Position numbers and translations under genes: made by a program
Source: Verrucomicrobiota bacterium
GTDB taxonomy: Bacteria; Verrucomicrobiota; Verrucomicrobiia; Limisphaerales; JADLHS01
Assembly: GCA_029573725.1 (NCBI GenBank)
Contig: JAKQDQ010000042.1
Location: 777-64,776 of the forward strand
Length of the DNA: 64,000 nucleotides
Direction of reading: 5' to 3'
In this document: positions 55,206-63,286 of the stretch, piece after piece
Numbering within the stretch: position 1 is the stretch's first letter
Layout: each line of letters begins with the position of its first letter
The notes under the pieces: model-generated
What the model saw: only the letters and a program-made list of their open reading frames with translations
What the model was told of the DNA's origin: nothing
The model's database searches: none

Positions 55206-56378
55206 TCACGAAACGGCGGCACGCAGCGCGTCGGCAAGATTGGAACACTGTGCCTCCCAATTTTCAGGATCGAGCATTTCTAATTCTTCGACGGCGTCGC
55301 GGATCAGCGATGGGAAATCCACCTCGCGTTCCGCGCCGGAGGCGAGCCGCTTGGCAAACTCGACGCCGGCCTGCCCCTTGATGGCTTTTCGCCAGCGCAC
55401 GAACTCGGCGAGCGCGACATACTCCTTCCCGCGTTTGCGCCACGCCGCAACCTTGGTGCGCAACGTGGAATCTTTCATGTCCAGATCGCGGCTGGCTTTG
55501 GCGACATCCCCACTGGCGAGAATCGCCAGGAACAAATCGCGCGCCTCGCGGTCAATCTTCGCCGCGAAGCCGAACAGTCCGTCGCCGTGCATCTGTTCGA
55601 TGCGCGCCTTGGCCGCGCTCAAATCCAGCTTTTGTTTCGCCACCAGTTCCATGTGCCGGTCAATCCGTTCCACGGTCTTGACCAGTCCCGGCCCGGAGGC
55701 CAGCCGTTGATCAAACGCGGCGAGCACAGCATCAATTTGCTCGTGCAACGTGAACGCGCCCGCGCCGGAAACCGCCAGCCATCGGGACAGGCCAAGCAAA
55801 AGAAAACCGTGGCGCACTTGCATCGCGCCGACAGTTTTCGAGTGATGCGCTTCCGTCGGCGTCAGCAGAACGAACGGCCCGCCCACACTTGCGACCAGTT
55901 GTTCCGACTCACCCGCCAGCGCCGCCGCATCGTGCGGAAGATGAAGAAACACTGGCAGCTTCGCCGCGCCTCGCGCCGCGATGCGCGTGGATTGCTCGCC
56001 GTTGGCACTTCCAACCGGCGACTGGAATTTCAAGGCGCGTCGCACCGCTTCGCCGAGTTTCACCACATCCACCGCCCACACGAGAACGTCGGTCGGTTGG
56101 AGTTCAATGGGTTCGCAGCTCCCGCCATCGCACTCGCACACGGCGGCCAGACGGTCGGGCGCGTGCATCACCACTCGATGCCGGCAATCGCAGGGAAACC
56201 GGTTCGTGCAGGGATGACTTGAGCTTTGCTCGCCGTTCGGATTCAGGAAAACACGCGCCGCGTCAAACTCGCTGCCGAGTTCGCGCCGCCATTCCGCCAG
56301 CACTGCTGCCGCAGTGGGCAGGGCTTCAAGACTTGTCCACAATCCCGGTTTCCGTTTCATCTGTTTCGTTGTCGTCAT
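55206..56378 (-). CDS. hypothetical protein with Cys cluster and C-terminal Fis-like HTH
   Basis: About 380-390 aa. It has HPCTNRFPCDCRH...CECDGGSC cysteines and an HTH-like segment near the C-terminus, GDVAKASRDLDMKDSTLRTKV. Its start overlaps the upstream gene by 15-53 nt. Confidence 0.5.
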   Translation of the reverse strand: MTTTKQMKRKPGLWTSLEALPTAAAVLAEWRRELGSEFDAARVFLNPNGEQSSSHPCTNRFPCDCRHRVVMHAPDRLAAVCECDGGSCEPIELQPTDVLVWAVDVVKLGEAVRRALKFQSPVGSANGEQSTRIAARGAAKLPVFLHLPHDAAALAGESEQLVASVGGPFVLLTPTEAHHSKTVGAMQVRHGFLLLGLSRWLAVSGAGAFTLHEQIDAVLAAFDQRLASGPGLVKTVERIDRHMELVAKQKLDLSAAKARIEQMHGDGLFGFAAKIDREARDLFLAILASGDVAKASRDLDMKDSTLRTKVAAWRKRGKEYVALAEFVRWRKAIKGQAGVEFAKRLASGAEREVDFPSLIRDAVEELEMLDPENWEAQCSNLADALRAAVS

Positions 56379-57522
56379 CTTCGCCGATGAAGCCGCGTTC
56401 TTTCAGCCAGTTTTCGATGATGATGCCATCGTCATCGCGTCCGTATTGCGCCTTGTTCGATGGAATGATCGTCACGCGGCGGGGTTTCTTTGATCCGGCG
56501 AATTTGATTTCAAACGTCGCCCGCTTGATGCGTTCCGGGTCTTCCGGCCAGAACAACTTTTCCTTTTCCACCAGCCCGTAGATGTCATCCGAGGCGCGCG
56601 TCACCCGCTGCCACGGTTTGCCGCCGAACAGGAATTGCACTTCCTTGAGCGTGACGCTCTCCATCCCCTCGATGTCCAGGCACGCAAGACAGCCCCGCCC
56701 CATGAGCAGCGGCTTGAGCCGGTATTTGCCCGTGCCCGGAAAAAATTCCTCCTTGCCGAACAGATGCAAGCCAAATGCCTTTCGGAACAATTCCAGTTCC
56801 CGCTTGCCGCAGCAATTCATACGGAGTTCGCCTTGCATCGTGTCATACACCACCACGTCATGCTTCTGCGGGCGGTAAAACACGCTCGACGATTCGCCTT
56901 CCACCATCGCGCTTTCTCGCTTGCATGGCAGACCGTGCCGCACCAGAAACCAACACTCGCCTTCCTTGGGAAATGGAATGACTTTGCATCCGCGCCCGCG
57001 CTTGCTTTTGGCATACCAGTCATCCAGCCGCGCTTCCAGCGCCTCAATTTGCTCCTTGCCCGGCGGCGTGAACTTGGGCGGCTCATCTCCCTCGCAGACG
57101 AAGTATTCAAACGAACGCGGGCGCGTGAGTTGATGTTCGTTGTGAAGTTCTTCGAGCAGCAGCCGGTTCAGCAGCAGGGTTTGCACAGCCACGTCCGCCG
57201 GCGACGGCTTGTCACCAACCTCCAGCGTGAACTTGCGTGGCCCTTGCGCTTCCAGAATCGCTTCCATCGCTTCATCTGTCGCCATTTCGTTCACGAGGTT
57301 GAGCGATTCCACGAGGTCGCGGGGCATGTCGGGATCGGGGTCGAGAAACACCGCCGCCAGCTTTTCCAAATCCACCGGCCCATCGGCGACGTCGGCGGGC
57401 AGCGTCACGCCGCGCGTGGCGAGGTATTCCTTTGCTGGCGTCAGCCATGTCACCAGACTGGCGGGCCGGATTTTTCCCAAGATGTCAGGATTAGTGAAGC
57501 GTCGGGTGTTCAGGTTTGGCAT
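56326..57522 (-). CDS. hypothetical protein (no recognisable family)
   Basis: 398 aa, clean non-degenerate sequence with an acidic tail. It is the first gene downstream of the WYL regulator on the same strand. Confidence 0.55.
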   Translation of the reverse strand: MPNLNTRRFTNPDILGKIRPASLVTWLTPAKEYLATRGVTLPADVADGPVDLEKLAAVFLDPDPDMPRDLVESLNLVNEMATDEAMEAILEAQGPRKFTLEVGDKPSPADVAVQTLLLNRLLLEELHNEHQLTRPRSFEYFVCEGDEPPKFTPPGKEQIEALEARLDDWYAKSKRGRGCKVIPFPKEGECWFLVRHGLPCKRESAMVEGESSSVFYRPQKHDVVVYDTMQGELRMNCCGKRELELFRKAFGLHLFGKEEFFPGTGKYRLKPLLMGRGCLACLDIEGMESVTLKEVQFLFGGKPWQRVTRASDDIYGLVEKEKLFWPEDPERIKRATFEIKFAGSKKPRRVTIIPSNKAQYGRDDDGIIIENWLKERGFIGEDDDNETDETETGIVDKS

Positions 57523-57652
57523 GTTTGTTTGGTCGGTTGCTTTCTGATTTCTTCAATCGTTCACCCCGCAGGATAGCCGGAGGGGTCTGCCAAATGCTGT
57601 CAGACCCCACGAAATAAATCAGAAAGTTGTCCTCCGTCTTTTCACGGCCAGT

Positions 57653-58666
57653 TCACCTGTCCTGCCTCATCTTCGCGTATCGCTGGTTCAATTCCGCCGT
57701 GACCTTCTCTATACGCGCGACCAGCGTTTGCGGTGCGATGACGGTCGCGTGCGTGCCCCAGCTTAACGCCCAGCGCTCCACTTCCTCGACGTTGTTCAGC
57801 CGCATCCGCAGCCTCATTTCTCCACCGGGCAGTTCGTCCACCGTCTGACTCCAATGCCAGCGCCGACCGCGCAGCAGGTCTGCCGACCATGAATCAAATT
57901 CGATGACGACTTCAAATTCATCATCCGGCTTCCCGGTGAACACGCTGAACGACCCGCGCAAGTGCCGGTCGAGATTGAAGTCCTTCGGCGCGGGAAATTT
58001 CTCATCCGTCACTTCCAGCGTCTTCATGCGTGTCAGCACAAACCCCCGGATGGCCTGCCGCGCCAGGTCATGCGCGAACAGATACCAGCGGTTGTCCACG
58101 CACGCGACGTGGTAGGGGCGCACGCTGCGACGCTCCGGCTTTTGCGCCCCCAGCTTGCGGTATTGAAACCGCACAACCCGCCGCTCCCGCACCGCCTTGA
58201 GCAATCCCTGAAAAATTTCCAGATCGGTTTCCTCCGGCGCGAACGGACGGAATGAAAACGCCCCGTCTAGCCCGCCAAAGCTGAATGACGATTCCTTGTC
58301 TAGTTGCCCCGTCAGTTTGCGGAAAGAACCTTCCAGCAGATGTTCAAACGGCGTTCCTTGATACTGGACAATCGCCTTGTGCGCCACCATCAGCGCGAAC
58401 AAATCCGCTTCCGTCACCGGCACGGATGGAAACCGGTCCACTTTTTCTGAATAGAAATATCCGTAGCGTTTCTGGTGATATTCGATCGGCAGGTTCAACC
58501 GGCACTTCATGAAATCAATGTCGCGCTTGATGGTTCGCGACGACACTTCCGTTGCCTCCGCCAGCGAGGAACAGTTCGGGAAAGCCTCGCCCTGCAATTT
58601 TTCATGGATTAACAGCATCCGCTCCAATGGCGGCCTCGAATGGAGTTGTTCGCTGACTTTTGGCAT
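57653..58666 (-). CDS. HTH-WYL-WCX transcriptional regulator (BrxR/CapW-like architecture)
   Basis: N-terminal wHTH (LAEATEVSSRTIKRDIDFM), a central WYL domain (VRFQYRK...RSVRPYHVACVDNRWYLFAHD) and a C-terminal WCX-like extension. The start is at 58666. Confidence 0.85.
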   Translation of the reverse strand: MPKVSEQLHSRPPLERMLLIHEKLQGEAFPNCSSLAEATEVSSRTIKRDIDFMKCRLNLPIEYHQKRYGYFYSEKVDRFPSVPVTEADLFALMVAHKAIVQYQGTPFEHLLEGSFRKLTGQLDKESSFSFGGLDGAFSFRPFAPEETDLEIFQGLLKAVRERRVVRFQYRKLGAQKPERRSVRPYHVACVDNRWYLFAHDLARQAIRGFVLTRMKTLEVTDEKFPAPKDFNLDRHLRGSFSVFTGKPDDEFEVVIEFDSWSADLLRGRRWHWSQTVDELPGGEMRLRMRLNNVEEVERWALSWGTHATVIAPQTLVARIEKVTAELNQRYAKMRQDR

Positions 58667-58739
58667 GGCGTGAAGATTTTTCAAAATTCTGCTCCCCGGT
58701 GACAATGGATGTCAAACCCCCTTCTGTTAAGATGGGTGC

Positions 58740-60035
58740 ATGAATTTGAACCTTCATCGCGTTCAACCCATGGCAATTCCCTTGAAACTTGACCATTTTC
58801 GGCTTCGGCGGCAATCGCAGTTGGAACAGGAACTTGCCAGCCGCCCGCTGTTCAAAAAGGTGGACGGCATGGCGGGCAAGGAATGGCGGATCAGCCAGTT
58901 GAAGCAGATTGTCAGCGGCAACCTGTTCGTGCCCGAAGGCACGATTCCCCTTTTGGACGCGGCGGTGTTGCGCATGAAGACAGTCATGCGCTTGTCGTAT
59001 CCCGTTCGAGTCTTTCTGCGACCCGATTCAGGCAACGTAACCGCCTGCCTTGCGTTTCTGGGCGCGGACACTTTGAACATTGCCGTCGCCCCCGGCCTGA
59101 TTCGGGGCGATTCGCCAGCCGCGCTTGCCTACCACTTGGCGACCGCCGCGTTCCACGGTTTGCAGCACTACCCGCAATACCTTGGGCTGTTGCTCACGCT
59201 GCGTGCGCCATTCGATTTGGAAGGCCGGCTCAAGGCGTATGAGATTTTGCGGCTCAACCGCTACGCCGCGAATTGTTTCGCGGTCGTTTGTTGTGACAGC
59301 CTGGAGATTGCCACCCGGCACGGCTTTTCAAGGGTCACCGGCATCCCGGTCACCGGAAGCAAACCGGCTTTGAATCTCGACGTTCTCGCCGGGCACGCGA
59401 TTCAGAACACCGCGTTGAACGGCGGCAATGTGCTCGACGACTATTCGCCGTTGGATCACTACGAACCGATTCTGCCCCTTGTGCTCCGCCGCTTCTTGGA
59501 GAGCGAACCGTATCGCGCCTGTCGCGGGGAAAGCGGAGGGACGCCCCGCGACCAGTTCGAGGCCGAGATTTTGGAACTCGACCGCCAGGCGTATCCGCTC
59601 ACGGAAACCATCCCCAAAATCCATGGCGAATTTGCGGCGATTGCGTCGTTGCTGGCCGCGCATTGGGTGATGGAATCGTGCGGGCCGGTGACGCAGCGGC
59701 GCGAGGAAATCCTGCTTGAGTCATTCGAGTTGGAGCGGAAGCAGCTCGACGAAATCGCCGCACAAACCGGCTGGCGGCGCGAAGGCGAAACCAGCACGAA
59801 GCAGCTTCTCGACGCGCTGTCCGGTGGCCGCGATTGGAAAAACATTCATTGCGTCCAAATAATCCGCACCGCGTTCCTGATTGCCGCCGAGGAACACCAG
59901 GGCAAGCTGCCCGACAAGGTGAAGGCGGCGTTTGTCGAAATCGGTCGGATATGCCGCCTTGAGCCGAACGAATGTAGCGCCGTGTGCGAAGTCTTGATGG
60001 AGGAGGCAATCAAGAAATCAGGCCAGACCGAATGA
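58740..60035 (+). CDS. hypothetical protein, divergent from the WYL regulator
   Basis: 431 aa (alternative start at 58770). Helical, no catalytic motif recognised. It is the first gene of the plus-strand defence-type operon. Confidence 0.5.
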   Translation: MNLNLHRVQPMAIPLKLDHFRLRRQSQLEQELASRPLFKKVDGMAGKEWRISQLKQIVSGNLFVPEGTIPLLDAAVLRMKTVMRLSYPVRVFLRPDSGNVTACLAFLGADTLNIAVAPGLIRGDSPAALAYHLATAAFHGLQHYPQYLGLLLTLRAPFDLEGRLKAYEILRLNRYAANCFAVVCCDSLEIATRHGFSRVTGIPVTGSKPALNLDVLAGHAIQNTALNGGNVLDDYSPLDHYEPILPLVLRRFLESEPYRACRGESGGTPRDQFEAEILELDRQAYPLTETIPKIHGEFAAIASLLAAHWVMESCGPVTQRREEILLESFELERKQLDEIAAQTGWRREGETSTKQLLDALSGGRDWKNIHCVQIIRTAFLIAAEEHQGKLPDKVKAAFVEIGRICRLEPNECSAVCEVLMEEAIKKSGQTE

Positions 60036-60211
60036 AACACAGGTGCGTCAACATTCCCAGAAACGACTGCTCTCCGGTGAATCCGCTGGGACGCGAACTC
60101 GCGACGCGGACACGCTGGCAGCCCGTCATGTTGACGCCGCCGATCCAGATTACATTTGTCAGTTTTCCGTGCCGCGATTATCATACACGACAAAGTCAGT
60201 CAGTTCATTCG

Positions 60212-61518
60212 ATGAACCGGATCAGTTTCTTAGACCTCTTTTGCGGATGCGGTGGGTTCAGCCTCGGAATGGAGCGGGCTGGACTTTACTGTTTGGCAGC
60301 CATTGATTTCAACCCGGAAGCCGTCGCTGTCTTCAAAGCCAATTTCCCGCATGTAACACAGGCATTGGAGCGCGACCTCACCGCTTTCTCTCCACGCGAA
60401 CTGGCGAGCTTGATTGAAACCGAAACCGTGGACGTGATTGTTGGAGGCCCGCCCTGTCAGGGATTTTCCACGGTGCGGCAGCGTGATGGCGCAAACAGTG
60501 GGCCGCGCATGGTTGAGGACAAGCGACGCCATTTGTATCAGGAATTTTTGCGCTACGTTGAATTCTTCCGACCGAAGGTGTTCGTGATGGAAAACGTGTT
60601 GGGAATCAAGTCGGCAGCCGGCGGCAAATATTTTACGCGCGTGCAGAAGGAGGCGCGAGCCATCGGCTACCGCGTCCACTCCCAGGTTGAAAAGGCGATT
60701 GAATTGGGCGTGCCGCAAAAACGCCAGCGTCAGTTGATCGTCGGCACTCGCCTTGACCTGCCCGACTATTTCCCCGGCCAGTTGAAGCCCGCACCTCGCG
60801 CTGTCGAAAAGCCGACGCTCGGCGAGGCGATTTGCGACCTTCCCCCCGTTCGTGCGGGCGGTGGCGAGGAAGAAACCGACTACGACATGCCCGGCGCATG
60901 GCCTATGTCGCCAAATATGGTCGACGTTATCTCTACGAGACGCTTGAAGTCCAACGGGCGTCGAAATTGACGGCACATCGCGCGCGCCCGCACAGCGAAC
61001 GTGATCTGCGCGATTTTGCCCGGTTGCACGAAGGCGAACACTGCGCCGAGGCGATGAAGCGCGGCGAGAAATTCGAGTTCCCCTACGACAAGGAGACGTT
61101 CAAGGATCGCTATACCCGCCAACATCGCAACGAAGCCTGCTCCACCATCGTCGCGCATTTGAGCAAGGACGGACTGATGTTCATCCATCCGACACAAAAC
61201 CGCTCGCTCACGCCGCGCGAGGCTGCCCGTGTGCAGAGTTTCCCTGACTGGTTTCAATTTCCGGTTGCCCGCACTCATCAATTCCGCGTCATTGGCAATG
61301 CAGTCCCGCCATTGGTTGCGGAGGCCATCGGATACGTCGCGAAATCCTACCTGGAGAAAACTATGAAAACACAAAAAGCAGTCCATTTCGGTTTGTCGCC
61401 GCTACCGTCCAGCCAGAAGGAAGCTGTCCAATGGCTTCTCGGCTTGGTGACGCGGCAGAGGGCAAAGCATTACAGCAATTGTCAGCCGCCGATTTTAAGC
61501 GTGGCTGGTATTCCGTAG
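60212..61518 (+). pseudogene. DNA (cytosine-5)-methyltransferase, split by a frameshift near 60880-60905
   Basis: Motifs I (DLFCGCGGFSLG), IV (GGPPCQGFS), VI (ENV) and VIII (QKRQR) are in the frame of ORF 59984..60970. Motifs IX and X (LTPREAARVQSFPDWFQF, GNAVPPLVAEAIG) are in the frame of ORF 60832..61518. The two frames overlap over 60832-60970. Confidence 0.75.
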
Positions 61519-61783
61519 GGTTTTTGTATCCCGGCCTCCACCCGGACAGCGCACTTGAGCACGGAAAGGAGTTGTGCAACGACGCCGAAGATTTTCCCGA
61601 AGTCCGCAAAGTTGAACCGCGTTTGCTCGCGCCATACTACGTTGACAGCGGTTGGCCTCGCCGTCCTCGCGTTGCTCCTGTTAATTTTCTGCCCTCGCCG
61701 CTAGACTGCGTTGCATCCCGCTCCACTCTACGTGCATCCATTTGGGATGGCGCAAACGACGTTTTCTTTGCATCATGCGCGCC

Positions 61784-63286
61784 ATGTCGCGCACTTCGTC
61801 CTCAGAATACGAGACAGTTCCACCCGAGCCAGCCGCGCTCGTGGAATCGCTGCGCGCGTTTGGATACGAACTTTCAACAGCCTTGGCCGACCTTGCCGAT
61901 AACAGCCTTTTCCACCATTCACGGCACATCACCGTTCATTTTCACTGGGCCGGGGAAAATTCTGCAATCGCCTTGGCGGATGACGGCGACGGGATGGACG
62001 AGCGCACATTGGTAAATGCGATGCGGCTTGGCAGCCGCAACCCACGCGCGCCGCGCGATCCAGGAGATTTTGGGCGGTTCGGTTTGGGGCTGAAGACCGC
62101 CTCGTTTTCCCAATGTCGCCGCGTGACGGTTTTCACGAAGCAGCACCGTAAGGAAACCCTGATTCGTTGCTGGGACTTGGATCACGTTGCCGAAACCGGC
62201 GAATGGCAACTGCTTCGAACTTCGTCGGCGCTTGCCGCGAGGCTGGCAGAAAAACTCGCCGATACGAAGCAGGGCACAGTTGTCATTTGGGAAAAACTGG
62301 ATCGGCTGACTGCCGACACCAAGACCGAGAACGATGCCGACGAGGATGCCTTCTTACGACGCGCGGAACAGGTCGGCGACCATTTCTCGGCAGTCTTCCA
62401 CCGTTTCATGAATGGAAATCGTGCTGTCGCTTTCTCCCTGAACGGCACAGCCATCCAGCCTTGGGATCCGTTCCTTGTTGATGAAGCCGCCACCCAGCGG
62501 CTTCCATTGGAGCGCCTTCGTTTTCAGGGGCATGTCGTCGAGGTCGAGCCGTTCATCCTTCCGCATCTTTCCAAGCTGGATATTTCCGCTCATCGCACCG
62601 CTGCAGGCTTGCGCGGATGGAACGCACACCAGGGATTTTACATTTACCGCAATCGCCGCCTGCTTGTTCCCGGTGACTGGCTCGGCATCAAAGGCTGGCG
62701 TCAGGAGGAACATTACAAGCTCGCCCGCATCCAGGTTGATTTGCCTAACGCACTCGATCACGAATGGGAAATTGACGTGACTAAATCGCGTGCAAGGCCG
62801 CCTGAAAAACTTCGGCGTGAACTCGTTCGCATCGGTGAAAGCACACGCAGCGTGGCAAAGCGTGTTTACTCGCATCGTGGCGCGAAGCTCGTTCCCGCCG
62901 AGGGACAGGAGCGCGTGTTCCTTTGGGAACAGACGGCGAAGCACAACCAGGTGTCCTACCGCGTCAACCGCGATCACCCACTGGTGAAACAAGTTCGCGC
63001 GGCTTGTTCCGACGCGCCGAAGTTCAGCGCGCTGATCCGGCTCATTGAGGAAACGATTCCCGTTCCACTCATCACCATCACGGATCGGGAAAAGCCAGAC
63101 CAGACCATCGGCCCGTTTGAAACCTCGAAAGAGTCGGAAATTCTTGAAGTCATGCGGCAGGTATTCGCCTCGCTCCGCGCCAGCGGACTGTCGCGCAGGG
63201 AAGCCTTGTTGCGCCTTGCCCACTTCGAGCCGTTTCCGCGCTTTCCAGAATTGCTCCAAACCATCCAGGAGGAAGATGAACCATGA
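61784..63286 (+). CDS. GHKL (HATPase_c_3) MORC-like ATPase
   Basis: N-box LADLADNS, G1 box DDGDGM and G2 box GRFGLGLKTAS of the Bergerat fold. About 500 aa. The start is at 61784 or 61775. Confidence 0.75.
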   Translation: MSRTSSSEYETVPPEPAALVESLRAFGYELSTALADLADNSLFHHSRHITVHFHWAGENSAIALADDGDGMDERTLVNAMRLGSRNPRAPRDPGDFGRFGLGLKTASFSQCRRVTVFTKQHRKETLIRCWDLDHVAETGEWQLLRTSSALAARLAEKLADTKQGTVVIWEKLDRLTADTKTENDADEDAFLRRAEQVGDHFSAVFHRFMNGNRAVAFSLNGTAIQPWDPFLVDEAATQRLPLERLRFQGHVVEVEPFILPHLSKLDISAHRTAAGLRGWNAHQGFYIYRNRRLLVPGDWLGIKGWRQEEHYKLARIQVDLPNALDHEWEIDVTKSRARPPEKLRRELVRIGESTRSVAKRVYSHRGAKLVPAEGQERVFLWEQTAKHNQVSYRVNRDHPLVKQVRAACSDAPKFSALIRLIEETIPVPLITITDREKPDQTIGPFETSKESEILEVMRQVFASLRASGLSRREALLRLAHFEPFPRFPELLQTIQEEDEP

